Source: Candidatus Woesearchaeota archaeon (lineage in GTDB: Archaea; Nanobdellota; Nanobdellia; Woesearchaeales; ARS49). Taken from it: a stretch of 64,000 bases of DNA. The DNA is taken from assembly GCA_003599055.1 (NCBI GenBank), contig QZIM01000018.1, positions 1,178-65,177 on the forward strand, written 5' to 3'. The translations under genes and the position numbers were made by a program. Shown piece by piece: positions 18,534 to 28,519 of the stretch. How positions within the stretch are numbered: the stretch's first letter is position 1; each line of letters opens with the position of its first letter. The notes under the pieces are model-generated. The model did no database searches and was not told where the DNA came from. It saw nothing but the letters and a program-made list of their open reading frames with translations.

Positions 18534-19193
18534 ATGGGTGCAATTCATCAGCCTGAAGTCGTCGTTCTCACCTACGAAACACTCTACGAAATTCTCCGCA
18601 AGGAAAAAAACCGCGACGAACTCCAAAAAATCGATTCAAACTTCCTTGCCGATGCCCTCAACTACCTGCGCGAAAAACAACAGGCATACGATGACACCCT
18701 TGCCAAAAACGACATCTTCTCGCAATCCGAACGCGACAAGCTGCACATCCAAATCGCAAACATCAAAAAAATACTGCGCGACCTCTACGATTTGCGCGAG
18801 CGCAAAATCATCAATATGGCAATCAACAGCTCCCGCATCAAAACCCACATTCTTGACTCCCAACACCTGCTCCCTCCCGAACAAAGCCTCTTTCAGAGCA
18901 TCCACACCGTCCTTTTGCAGCACCGCCAAGGCATCGTGAACCGCATCATCGAAGCGCGCGATGTCGAACTTATGCCGGTCGTCTTACCGCCGCCCGAACT
19001 GCACACGCCCGAAACATTTGAATCACCCGCAAACACCTCAACCACCAAGCACGTCAAATTCCTCGACACCATCGAGCAGTTCGTCGGCGAAGAACTTGAA
19101 ATGTACGGGCCTTATGCTGCGAATGACGAGGCCGAACTTCCGCGGGAACTTGCCGACGTCCTCATCGGACAGGGGAAAGCTGCCGAACTCTGA
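18534..19193 (+). CDS. DNA replication complex GINS family protein (Gins15-like)
   Basis: LTYETLY..LRKEK...LQKI, LYDLRERKII..A, C-terminal FVG.ELE.YGP....AELP..LADVLI..GKA; conserved position before rpl44e. Confidence 0.85.
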   Translation: MGAIHQPEVVVLTYETLYEILRKEKNRDELQKIDSNFLADALNYLREKQQAYDDTLAKNDIFSQSERDKLHIQIANIKKILRDLYDLRERKIINMAINSSRIKTHILDSQHLLPPEQSLFQSIHTVLLQHRQGIVNRIIEARDVELMPVVLPPPELHTPETFESPANTSTTKHVKFLDTIEQFVGEELEMYGPYAANDEAELPRELADVLIGQGKAAEL

Positions 19194-19237
19194 CCCCAAC
19201 AGTAAGCTTTTTAAACCCCTCCCTGTCAGAGCAGCGT

Positions 19238-19555
19238 ATGAAACTTCCCAAGACTCGCAAAAAATACTGTCCTACGTGCAAAAAGCACACCGAACACAAA
19301 ATCATCGAGGGCAAAAAGAAAGGCAGAAACGCCACGCACCCGATGAGTTACGGCTCGCAAAAACGCATCCGCCACCGCGGCAAACTCGGCGTCGGCAACC
19401 ACGGCAAATATTCACGCCCGCCCATCAACAAGTGGCGTATGACCGGCCGCAAGACCAGCAAAAAAGTAGACCTGCGCTTTGAATGCAGCACCTGCAAAAA
19501 AATGCACGGGAAAGCCGACGGCGGCTTTCGCGCGCGAAAAGTGGAGTTCAAGTAA
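19238..19555 (+). CDS. rpl44e: 50S ribosomal protein L44e
   Basis: YCPTCKKHTEH, K.SKKVDLRFECSTC. Confidence 0.97.
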   Translation: MKLPKTRKKYCPTCKKHTEHKIIEGKKKGRNATHPMSYGSQKRIRHRGKLGVGNHGKYSRPPINKWRMTGRKTSKKVDLRFECSTCKKMHGKADGGFRARKVEFK

Positions 19556-19557
19556 AA

Positions 19558-19746
19558 ATGAGAAACCGCATGAAAGAAACCGCAAGCAAGTTCGTCAAAA
19601 TCAGCTGCCCAAAATGCAAAAATGAACAACTCGCATTCGGCAAAGTCAGCTCAGTCGTCCTGTGCCTCATCTGCGGCAAAGAACTCGCAGAACCCACAGG
19701 CGGCAAAAGCAGAGTCAAGGCACGCGTGCTTGAAGTGCTTGACTGA
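19558..19746 (+). CDS. rps27e: 30S ribosomal protein S27e
   Basis: SKFVKISCPKCKNEQ..F....V.CLICG..LAEPTGGK. Confidence 0.97.
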   Translation: MRNRMKETASKFVKISCPKCKNEQLAFGKVSSVVLCLICGKELAEPTGGKSRVKARVLEVLD

Positions 19747-19805
19747 ATTTTTTCCTTCCTCTTTTTAACACAACTTTTTTAAACCAACCCTGAAATCTCC
19801 GCCGT

Positions 19806-20582
19806 ATGCTCCTCAAAAAACAGGGCCTTCCGCCCGACGAAGAACTCGTGCTGTGCACGGTGACCGGCATCAACCCGCACTCCGTCTTCTGCACCCTCGA
19901 CGAATACGGCGGAAGGACCGGAATGATACACATTTCCGAAATCGCCCCGGGACGCATCCGCAACATCCGCGAATTCGTCCAGGAAGGCAAAAAAGTTGTC
20001 TGCAAAGTCCTTCAGACCAACAAGGAAAAAGGACACATCGACCTCTCCCTTCGCCGCGTCAACGAGATGCAAAAGCGAAACAAGCTGAACCAGATAAAAC
20101 AAGAACAGCTTGCGGAAAAAATTGTTGAGTATGCGGCACGGCAACAGGGCGACTCCGTCCTTTCCGTCTACAACAAGCTGTCCGAGAAAATCCTCCCAAA
20201 ATACGGCACGCTCTTTGCCGCATTCGAACAAGTCAGCCACGATGAGCTCAACTTGGAAACACTTGTTGACAAGAAAATAGCAAAATCACTCACTGATGCA
20301 ATCAAGGCCAGAATCAAGCCCCCGAAAGTCAACATCAACGGAAACCTCAAGCTCACCACCTACTCCTCCCGCGGCATTGAAGACATCAAAGAAGCGTTAT
20401 CATTTGCCGTCAAAGGCGGAATTGACGTCCACTACCTCGGCGCAGGAACATACCACCTCGCCGTTGAAGCACCAGACTACAAAGAAGCCGAAAAAAAGCT
20501 CAAGGCAGGACTTGATGCAGTCATCGACTTCTGCGACAAAAAAGACATCCAGCACGAATGGCAGCGTGCGGAAGCCGCGTGA
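19806..20582 (+). CDS. eif2a: Translation initiation factor aIF2 alpha subunit
   Basis: S1 domain (LDEY, IHISEI, KGHIDLSLRRV), YLGAG.Y, APDYKEAEK; synteny. Confidence 0.95.
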   Translation: MLLKKQGLPPDEELVLCTVTGINPHSVFCTLDEYGGRTGMIHISEIAPGRIRNIREFVQEGKKVVCKVLQTNKEKGHIDLSLRRVNEMQKRNKLNQIKQEQLAEKIVEYAARQQGDSVLSVYNKLSEKILPKYGTLFAAFEQVSHDELNLETLVDKKIAKSLTDAIKARIKPPKVNINGNLKLTTYSSRGIEDIKEALSFAVKGGIDVHYLGAGTYHLAVEAPDYKEAEKKLKAGLDAVIDFCDKKDIQHEWQRAEAA

Positions 20583-20752
20583 ACCATATTCTGAAGTGCC
20601 AGGCGTGCGGAAAGCACACGATGAAAGAGCACTGCTCGTGCGGCGGAATCGCGATAACCACCAAACCTGTCCGTTACACCATTGATGCGACAACCGCAAA
20701 GTACCGCGCAATGGCGAAAAAAGAACACTTGCAAAAGAACGGGCTTCTCTAA
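20579..20752 (+). CDS. nop10: H/ACA RNP protein Nop10
   Basis: ILKCQACGKHTMKEHCSCGG....P.RY...KYR; GTGA overlap with aIF2a. Confidence 0.88.
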   Translation: MNHILKCQACGKHTMKEHCSCGGIAITTKPVRYTIDATTAKYRAMAKKEHLQKNGLL

Positions 20753-20799
20753 CACAACCTTTTAATACGCAGCCGTGCTTTATAAACCAAAAAGAGACC

Positions 20800-22062
20800 A
20801 TGGCAAAAATACTCTCCGTTCAAGCACGGCAAATACTTGACTCGCGCGGAAACCCAACGGTTGAGTGCGACATCCTCACTTCCGCAGGGCTTGCGCGCGC
20901 GAGCGTTCCCAGCGGGGCAAGCACGGGCGCGCACGAAGCTTGGGAACTGCGCGACCACGCAAAACCGTTCTTTGGACAAAGCGTGATGAAAGCGGTTGAA
21001 AACATCAACAAAAAAATCGCGCCAAAAATCAAAGGCAAAAACCCTGCAGACCAACGCGCAATTGATGCCCTGCTGCTTGCGCTTGACGGAACTGAAAACA
21101 AGCAGAAACTCGGCGCGAATGCGCTCCTTGCAGTCAGCCTGGCAAACGCGCGCGCTGCCGCCCAGGCAGCACACATCCCGCTCTACCAGCACATCAAAGA
21201 TGTCAGCGGAACCAAAAAAATAACCCTTCCCATCCCCGCACTCAACATCATCAACGGCGGAAAACACGCAGGCAACACGCTTGACATCCAGGAATATATG
21301 ATACTGCCAACCGGCGCAAAAAGTTTTGCACACGCGCTGCAAATGGGCAGCGAAATCTACCACGCGCTCAAACAAAAACTCACCGCTGACTTTGGCAAGA
21401 TTGCCGTTAACGTCGGCGATGAAGGCGGATTTGCACCACCCTATACCTGCGTTGAAGAACCACTTGAAGCAATCAGCTCAGTCATTGACAAACTCGGATA
21501 TTCTAACGAAGTAAAACTTGGCATAGACTGCGCGGCAAGCACGTACTGGAAAGGCGGCAAATACTATCTTGAAGGAAAAGGAATGACTGCCGACGAACTT
21601 TTGCACTTTTACGAAAACCTTGCCGAAAACTACCCTCTCATCAGCATCGAAGACCCGTTTATGGAAGACGACTTTGAGCATTTTGCAGAACTTACCCGAC
21701 ACAGCGAACTGCAAGTCGTCGGCGACGACTTACTCTGCACGAATCCCCGCAGAATCAATGCGGCAATCGCAAAACGCAGCTGCAACGCGCTCCTTTTGAA
21801 AGTCAACCAAATCGGAACACTCACCGAAGCGCTCCGCGCAGCAGCGCTTGCGCGTGAAAACAAATGGAACATTATGGCCTCGCACCGCTCCGGAGAAACC
21901 GAAGACCCATTCATTGCAGACTTATCAGTCGGACTTGCCAGCCCGCTCATCAAATCAGGCGCACCCGCACGGGGAGAACGCCTTGCCAAATACAACCAAC
22001 TCCTTCGCATCGAAGAAGAAACAAAGGCACCCTATGCAGGAAAACACTTCAGAATACCTTGA
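20800..22062 (+). CDS. eno: Enolase
   Basis: ILDSRGNPTVE, PSGASTG, VGDEGGFAP, LLKVNQIGTLTE, SHRSGETED, AKYNQLLRIEE. Confidence 0.98.
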   Translation: MAKILSVQARQILDSRGNPTVECDILTSAGLARASVPSGASTGAHEAWELRDHAKPFFGQSVMKAVENINKKIAPKIKGKNPADQRAIDALLLALDGTENKQKLGANALLAVSLANARAAAQAAHIPLYQHIKDVSGTKKITLPIPALNIINGGKHAGNTLDIQEYMILPTGAKSFAHALQMGSEIYHALKQKLTADFGKIAVNVGDEGGFAPPYTCVEEPLEAISSVIDKLGYSNEVKLGIDCAASTYWKGGKYYLEGKGMTADELLHFYENLAENYPLISIEDPFMEDDFEHFAELTRHSELQVVGDDLLCTNPRRINAAIAKRSCNALLLKVNQIGTLTEALRAAALARENKWNIMASHRSGETEDPFIADLSVGLASPLIKSGAPARGERLAKYNQLLRIEEETKAPYAGKHFRIP

Positions 22063-22789
22063 CCTTGCGCTCACACTCACGCAAAAAAGCAGCAGACTCC
22101 TTCTGCGCATGCAGCCACACGCAAAAATCAACGTTGAAAAAGGCCAGGGCGACTTTGCACTTGACGCGGATATTGCAAGCGAAAAACTCATCGTTTCCGG
22201 AATACGAAAAAAATACCCCGCGCACGACATCTTAACCGAAGAGTCAAAACACCAACACACTGATTCCGAATACCTCTGGATTATTGACCCTCTTGAAGGA
22301 ACCCTCAACTACGCACATAAACTTCCCCTTTGGGCAGTCAATATCGGGCTTTGGAAAGGCGGAAAACCGCTTCTTGGCGTCGTGTACGCGCCGCTCCTGA
22401 ACGAACTGTATACCGCAGTTTCGGGAAAAGGCGCGTTCCTGAACGGAAAACCAATCCGCGTCAATACCGACCGCGACCTTCTGCACACCTTTGTCGCAGG
22501 CTCAGTCAAGCACCTCGCATCCCTTAACCTCTCCGGACACGTCCTTCGCTCAATCGGCTGCTGCGCGCTCGAACTTTGCTGGGTTGCACGCGGAATGCTC
22601 GGCGCACGCGTTAAGCTCCACGGCAGCGACCCGTACGGCTACGGCCCCACCGCGTGCATCATTTCGGAAGCCGGCGGCAAACTTACCGACCCGCACGGAA
22701 AACCGTGGAAGCTCCGGAGTAACGGAGCAGTTGCAAGCAACGGAAAACTGCACAAAAAACTCATCGCGCTTTGCGGTAATACCTCTTAA
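22034..22789 (+). CDS. Inositol monophosphatase / FBPase family protein
   Basis: ADIASE, ILTEE, WIIDPLEGTLNY (D->E variant), GKGAFLNG, EAGGKLTD. Confidence 0.85.
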   Translation: MQENTSEYLDLALTLTQKSSRLLLRMQPHAKINVEKGQGDFALDADIASEKLIVSGIRKKYPAHDILTEESKHQHTDSEYLWIIDPLEGTLNYAHKLPLWAVNIGLWKGGKPLLGVVYAPLLNELYTAVSGKGAFLNGKPIRVNTDRDLLHTFVAGSVKHLASLNLSGHVLRSIGCCALELCWVARGMLGARVKLHGSDPYGYGPTACIISEAGGKLTDPHGKPWKLRSNGAVASNGKLHKKLIALCGNTS

Positions 22790-23450
22790 GAATGTTGTGC
22801 CTGTCCGTTGCAAGAAAAACGTGCTTTGGCAAACGCACTTCAGCCCACGCTGACTTTGGCGGCATTATTCTCGGGCCCCGCGTGCGCACAGTATACTCAA
22901 AAAAGTCATCGTACGGGTTCTCAAGCGCCATCATCTCCCTGACCGAAAGCTTCTCAAAATGACGCCTGAACGGGCGCATTGAGTTCCCGTGCGCAGAAAT
23001 CGCAACGTTCACCCGATACTTTTTCACAAAACGCACCAAATCACGGATAAACGGGCGCACCCGCCGTTCGACCATCTTCACGCTCTCCCCTTTTGGCGGC
23101 GGAAAATCATACGCGCGATGATACCGGTCAAACAATTCCTTTCCGTGCCACGCGATAAACTGCGCGTGCGACTTGCCCTGCAGCGTCCCGTAACACCGCT
23201 CAATCATCCGGTCATCAACCCATACCCGCTCACACTCCCGATGATACTTCAGCACTTCCCTTAGCGTGTTTTTCGAGCGCTTCAAATGAGAACAAAACGC
23301 CACATCAATACGCTTGCCGCTCAACTTCCCTGCGGTTGACTTGGCATTGCTGTTGCCCTCTTTTGTCCACGTGGCATCAAGCCACCCGGTGAACCGCTTT
23401 GCCTTATTAAAATGCGTTTGACCGTGACGGAACAGATAAATCTTCGCCAT
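22761..23450 (-). CDS. gpmA: 2,3-bisphosphoglycerate-dependent phosphoglycerate mutase (histidine phosphatase)
   Basis: LFRHGQT..N...FTGW.D, ER.YG.LQG, PPPKGES, SAHGNSMR. Confidence 0.88.
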   Translation of the reverse strand: MAKIYLFRHGQTHFNKAKRFTGWLDATWTKEGNSNAKSTAGKLSGKRIDVAFCSHLKRSKNTLREVLKYHRECERVWVDDRMIERCYGTLQGKSHAQFIAWHGKELFDRYHRAYDFPPPKGESVKMVERRVRPFIRDLVRFVKKYRVNVAISAHGNSMRPFRRHFEKLSVREMMALENPYDDFFEYTVRTRGPRIMPPKSAWAEVRLPKHVFLATDRHNILKRYYRKAR

Positions 23451-23557
23451 ACTCCCTCTTTACCCAAATCCGTGTTTTTAAAGTTCATAAATGTTATCAA
23501 TTTTCTCAAAAAAATTTGAGATACCTGCTTAAATACCAGCACTGCTTTGCCGCAGTT

Positions 23558-24274
23558 ATGGAAATCACCCACGAAACAGAAAGAAAAATCCTGCTTAAAC
23601 TCATCCACGCCCCCTCCCTTAGCTTTAACGAGCTTTGGTCAAAGGACGGAGAGAGCAACACATTTGCATACCATTTGGGAAAACTGGAAAGCAACGGACT
23701 CGTCGCGAAGAACAAAGACGGATTGTATCAACTCACCGAAGAAGGGCGCAAGCTGAGCGCATTTATCGAAGGAGACACGGGAAAGCGCGCGGAATTCCCC
23801 AACTTCAGCCACGTCCTTTTGGTGCAAAACGGAGACAAATGGCTCACGCAAAAAAGACTCAAAGAACCGTTTTTTGGCTACTGGGGATTTGTGTCCGGCA
23901 AAATAAACTTCGGGCAAAACCTGTTTGAATGCGCAACACGCGACTTACTCGAAGAAGCCGGCCTTCACGCAACAGAATGGACCCTTCGCGCAATCGAGCA
24001 AGTAAAAACGTACGAAAACGGAAAATTACTGCACCACCACTACCTGTTCCACGTTTCTACCGATAACGTATCAGGCAACCTGAAAGAAAAAACCCATAAG
24101 GCAGAACACGCCTGGCTCACGCTTGACGAATACCGCCAAAAAGAAACATTCCCTTCAGAAAAATTCTTCTGCCACATCATCCCCAGCAAACGACCGCTGC
24201 TTATCGAAGCGGAAAGATATATGGAAAACGGAAAATTCACCGAGTACAAGACGCTCAGCGTGAAAGAACTCTAA
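23558..24274 (+). CDS. Winged-HTH + NUDIX-fold protein, probable regulator
   Basis: N-terminal FNEL....SN.FAYHL.KL...GLV.K....YQLT.EG wHTH; C-terminal Nudix fold with degenerate box GKINFGQ...ATRDLLEEAGL. Confidence 0.8.
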   Translation: MEITHETERKILLKLIHAPSLSFNELWSKDGESNTFAYHLGKLESNGLVAKNKDGLYQLTEEGRKLSAFIEGDTGKRAEFPNFSHVLLVQNGDKWLTQKRLKEPFFGYWGFVSGKINFGQNLFECATRDLLEEAGLHATEWTLRAIEQVKTYENGKLLHHHYLFHVSTDNVSGNLKEKTHKAEHAWLTLDEYRQKETFPSEKFFCHIIPSKRPLLIEAERYMENGKFTEYKTLSVKEL

Positions 24275-26061
24275 ACCTTTTCCACTGCAAGATTATGCGC
24301 CTCAACATAGCGCGCAATGAACTTCTTCCAGTCCGCGGTCGCTGCAACCTGCTGCGCCACAATCTTGTTCTCCGTCCTTTCCTGCTTGTTGAAGTGCGCG
24401 AACTTTGCCATCATATCCGTCAGCGCGGAAACGATTTCTTCCCGCGACTTTTTTAAGCGCGGAAGGACAAAAATCCCAGGATACTCCCCCTGCTTGCACT
24501 CATTGCACAAATAACGGCCAAACCCTGCCAAGTCCGTCGTAATACTGCTCACCCCAAGCGCCGCCGCCTCAAGCGGAGTATAGCCCCACGGCTCATAATA
24601 GCTCGGGAAAACCCCCAAATGTGAGCCCTGCATACTCTCATAATAGCTCGTGTCAAGAAGGCCGTCCGCACCCGAGAGATAAATCGGGTAGAAAATCACT
24701 TTCACCACGTCTTCCTTGCGGTTCAAAAGACCGTGCTGCCGAAACGCGTTCATAATTGCATCCGCGCCCTCGTTTTCCAGCTCGTGCGTTGAGAGCGGCG
24801 GAAGCCCGTCCCTTTTGAGCCGGCGAAGCTTTGGCTTAATATCAAGCAGAAAATCCTCCCCAAGCAGCGATTCCCTTCCGATATCCTGGCCGGTCATCAA
24901 CAGGTACAAAAGCTCGCTGTGAATATCTTCGTGCGCATCATCAACCGTCTCCTTAATGTCACGGAAAAACGACTTGCCCTCCAAAATCTCAGGCCGAACA
25001 CCCTTCACTCCGGCAGGAACCCAAAAAAACGCCACAATTGTCTTTTCGCATTTCTCCTTTTTCAACCGCTCATTTAACCGCGCGAGCGACTCGATGAACA
25101 CATCAACACCCTTATCGTGAAACTCATACCGCCCCGCAAGAAAATAAATGAGCGTATTATCAATGTCAAAACTGTAGAACGGAAAAAAGTACACCATCAA
25201 AAACTGCTTGATGCGGTTCTTGAACAGCTTATGCTTGACGCTCGCCTCCTCAAACGTCGGAAATTTGGAAATGTTCAGCCCGTTGAAAAGGAGAACGTCA
25301 GGTTTTCGCCCAAGGAAATGCTCTGCCTCAATTCCCGTGATTTCGCTTACCGTCGTAAATATATGTGCATTCTGCGCGCTCATTTTTTCCAGAGAATGTT
25401 TCGCCCAAACGGACGGGCCCAGATTCCTTGCCTCATTCTCCGCGTTGATTTGCTCAATTTGCTCGTAAATGTCGCGCTCCTGCATTGCAAGAGACCTGCC
25501 GATTGTGGTTGCGTGCGTCGTAAACACCGTCCCTACCGGACTGTTGTTCTTTCTTAAGTAAAGCAGCCCCGCGCCCGCAAGCCATTCGTGAAAGTGCGCA
25601 ACAATCTTCTTCTCCGGCCAAACCCTGCTTAACTCCTCAATGAGGCGGCCCACTGCGTACGCCCACACCACCGGCTCATCAAAATCAAACCATTCCGTAT
25701 TCAGGCTGTCAACCTGATACCACTCCCACAGCTTTCTCTTCACGTCATTTTTTTGTGCGGAAAACTTAGTGAAATCAATGAGGAGCACCCGCGGGCTCCC
25801 TTGCGTTATCCACGTCCCGCAATGCACCTCGATACCTTCCGCCTTCAGCGCGTCAAATGAGCCCCTGCAACTCTCCTCAGGCGCGTGCTCCTCAAAAATG
25901 CCATAGAGCTTCTTTGGGAAAAACGGGCCGATAAGAATATAGTTTTCCCGGTACTGCTCTTTCATCGGCAAAATCTTGCTTTGAACTACGGTGAAGATGC
26001 CGCCAACTTTATTACACACTTCCCAGGAAACTTCCAAACACACATCGGCTTTTGCATCCAT
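24271..26061 (-). CDS. Glycogen synthase, GT3 family
   Basis: EVSWEVCNKVGGIFTV, HFHEWLAG, FTTHAT..GR, GRYEF.DKG.D, HLGVFPSYYEPWGYTPLE. Confidence 0.93.
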   Translation of the reverse strand: MDAKADVCLEVSWEVCNKVGGIFTVVQSKILPMKEQYRENYILIGPFFPKKLYGIFEEHAPEESCRGSFDALKAEGIEVHCGTWITQGSPRVLLIDFTKFSAQKNDVKRKLWEWYQVDSLNTEWFDFDEPVVWAYAVGRLIEELSRVWPEKKIVAHFHEWLAGAGLLYLRKNNSPVGTVFTTHATTIGRSLAMQERDIYEQIEQINAENEARNLGPSVWAKHSLEKMSAQNAHIFTTVSEITGIEAEHFLGRKPDVLLFNGLNISKFPTFEEASVKHKLFKNRIKQFLMVYFFPFYSFDIDNTLIYFLAGRYEFHDKGVDVFIESLARLNERLKKEKCEKTIVAFFWVPAGVKGVRPEILEGKSFFRDIKETVDDAHEDIHSELLYLLMTGQDIGRESLLGEDFLLDIKPKLRRLKRDGLPPLSTHELENEGADAIMNAFRQHGLLNRKEDVVKVIFYPIYLSGADGLLDTSYYESMQGSHLGVFPSYYEPWGYTPLEAAALGVSSITTDLAGFGRYLCNECKQGEYPGIFVLPRLKKSREEIVSALTDMMAKFAHFNKQERTENKIVAQQVAATADWKKFIARYVEAHNLAVEKV

Positions 26062-26325
26062 ACCCCTGCCATATGCAGTCATTTAAAAAGAGTTTCACAC
26101 CACTCTGAAGTGAATTGAAAGCGATGTTTAACCACTTTTTTGTGATAAAATTTATATATTGCCTGAAAACTCCCGTATCCGGGCCAAGTGAAAACCGAAA
26201 AAAATGACTATTAAAGCAATCCAAGACCAAATAAAGAATCAAGAGCGAAAATACGCCCGAAAAAATCCCTGTTTAACAATACTGAGAAAGCATCAATAAA
26301 AAGACAACCGCCCAACACCACAACC

Positions 26326-27657
26326 ATGGAAGAACCAACCACCACCCCCTCACTTGGCTGGCTTGACGAAGCAGACGAAACTCCCGTCATCCCGGAAAAA
26401 GACAGGCCTGCCGAGAAAAAAACCATCTTCACCCACGTCCTTCAAGTACGGCCGGAAAAAGACGGCGACCGCCTCTTCTTTGGCACGTTCAACCCCGGCA
26501 CCATCCCAATGGCAGTCTTCACCTATGACCCCCACTCAAAAACAGAACACTATGATTGGGAACCCCACGGGCTCAACGAAAAAACAACCCGATTCCACCA
26601 CGCAGGACCCTTCTTTACCGGCGACCAAACACGTGAAGAAAACGCACGCAAGGCAACTCAAGTAAAACGGCTCCCCAACGGCGTTGTCTTCTTCGGAGAC
26701 GAGCACGCAGACGCCGAATTTAAAGAAGGACACACCGAACCCGTCTTCCAATCATACCCTGACGCCCTTGGCTACTTTCGCCAGGAAGCACACGTCGGCA
26801 TCAAGAAAGCATATAGGCCCTGGTTTGACGTCCTTGACCGACAGGCAATCAACCTTCTCTCACTACTCTGCAGCGGCATCCGATTCGGCCACCACGACGA
26901 CCCGGTCACCCTTGAAGACCGCCTCACGGCAATCACCACCGCCCACAACATCCAACAACTCCTCGGATTCGACGTTGCCGCGTACTGGCAGCAGTCAAAC
27001 AGCGAAAGCCTGCGCATCAAGAGCAACGACTACAAAACCGACGCACAAACCACCCGCCCGGTCACGGAACGGCTCAGCCGCGCCCGCATCCAAATCGCAG
27101 AACAGCTCGGCAAAATAATCCGGCACCAAACACACTACGCATCAGAATCCACCACGCCCAACCTTGAAGACCACATTGCCAAAACAGTCCGCTCACTTCC
27201 CGTCCTCTACGGAATCACCCACCCCGCAAGCAGCATCCTTCTCCCCCTCACCCACACCGATGCAGAGTCATCGAACCAAACCGCCAAAAATCTCACTATG
27301 TTCCACCAAACCGTCCGCTCCCTCATCGGCTATTTCGGACACGAAAAAATCGCGGACGGAACAACGCTTCTCGAACACCTCAAAGAAGGTTGGGGCAATT
27401 TTGAAGGGCTTGCCCGCGAAGCAAAAGACCCGGTAAAACTCTTTGCCGCATCACCCTGGAAAAAACTCTACGCAGAAGGACACGCGCTCACCATTCCCGT
27501 TCCTGACATCCGTTCGGCCATTGAAACATCACAACAGTTCGGCTACACGTACGTGCTCGCCCCATCCCCCCTTGGACCAGGACTCTACGCAGAAATTTCC
27601 TTTGCCGACAACGAAGGCAAAAAACACCGCCTCGGGCTCTACCAGCCAAACGTGTGA
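26326..27657 (+). CDS. Hypothetical protein with a C-terminal VOC/glyoxalase-like module
   Basis: 443-aa ORF with genome-typical codon use; C-terminal LTIPVPDIRSAI...G...LYAEISFADNEG..LGLYQP. Confidence 0.6.
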   Translation: MEEPTTTPSLGWLDEADETPVIPEKDRPAEKKTIFTHVLQVRPEKDGDRLFFGTFNPGTIPMAVFTYDPHSKTEHYDWEPHGLNEKTTRFHHAGPFFTGDQTREENARKATQVKRLPNGVVFFGDEHADAEFKEGHTEPVFQSYPDALGYFRQEAHVGIKKAYRPWFDVLDRQAINLLSLLCSGIRFGHHDDPVTLEDRLTAITTAHNIQQLLGFDVAAYWQQSNSESLRIKSNDYKTDAQTTRPVTERLSRARIQIAEQLGKIIRHQTHYASESTTPNLEDHIAKTVRSLPVLYGITHPASSILLPLTHTDAESSNQTAKNLTMFHQTVRSLIGYFGHEKIADGTTLLEHLKEGWGNFEGLAREAKDPVKLFAASPWKKLYAEGHALTIPVPDIRSAIETSQQFGYTYVLAPSPLGPGLYAEISFADNEGKKHRLGLYQPNV

Positions 27658-27817
27658 TACTTCTCACTTACACATACGGCATTAACAACACAACAGAAAG
27701 CCCTATTACCAGCGTTACAACCAACACTGCAGAATACAACTGAAACGCCTCACCGTGTGTGTGCATTGTCATAGAACACCTCAAAAAGAGAAAGAAAAAA
27801 TAAAAAAATTAACGGTT

Positions 27818-28423
27818 TTAAACCGTACCTGAGAGGCTTGGTGCCTCACAGCAGTGGCTGACACCGATGCTCTGTGCGTATTCCAGCACTTCGCGGGTCC
27901 TGCCGAATGCGTCAGGCGCAACACGGTCTGCTTCAGACGCAAGGTCTGCAACACGCATGCAGCCACGGCCCATTGAGGCGTAGCTTTCTGCTTCCTGCAC
28001 ACTTGCCGGCTCTGAATAGCCCGGCCTGTTGCTGCGCTCAGCCATAAAGCTGCACGCTGCCTTTGACGGGATTTCCGTCAATGCGCGCTCGTAGGTCTTG
28101 CGGTAGTCGTACTGTTCGCCACGCGGCTCTGCGGTTCCACCAAAGGACTCGCCGCCCTGCATAACGCCAGCGCTACCCGGCCACTGCGCACTAAATGTCT
28201 CTACGTTGCCGGATGGATATTCCATCGCACGGCCAGAGAATGCCCTCGAATACGGGTCTTGGACACCCTGAATTGCGCCACCGTATTCTTTCACGGACGG
28301 CACTGCGAACTCGCCTGCGGCCTTGCGCGCACCTGTAAACAGGAGCACCAAACCAACAATTGCGATAATCGCTACGATGCCAAGAATTACCAAGGCAACT
28401 CCTTTACCACTTTCTTCTGCCAC
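27818..28423 (-). CDS. Pilin-like / N-terminally anchored surface protein
   Basis: GTG start after GAGGTGA; KG|VALVILGIVAIIAIVGLVLLF; YGGAI motif; C-terminal Cys; C-ending codons and a long T-rich terminator. Confidence 0.65.
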   Translation of the reverse strand: MAEESGKGVALVILGIVAIIAIVGLVLLFTGARKAAGEFAVPSVKEYGGAIQGVQDPYSRAFSGRAMEYPSGNVETFSAQWPGSAGVMQGGESFGGTAEPRGEQYDYRKTYERALTEIPSKAACSFMAERSNRPGYSEPASVQEAESYASMGRGCMRVADLASEADRVAPDAFGRTREVLEYAQSIGVSHCCEAPSLSGTV

Positions 28424-28519
28424 AACAAATCACCTCGTTTCGTTGTACAATAGCGTTTGATTTCATATTCGTCACCTGATTTAAATAGTTTTCGTTTGGC
28501 AAAACGTACTACCGTACGC

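Noticed and set aside
27660-27790. AAC-rich intergenic stretch as the DGR template repeat
   Set aside because: It does not share the constant flanks or spacing of the variable region at 62561-62659.
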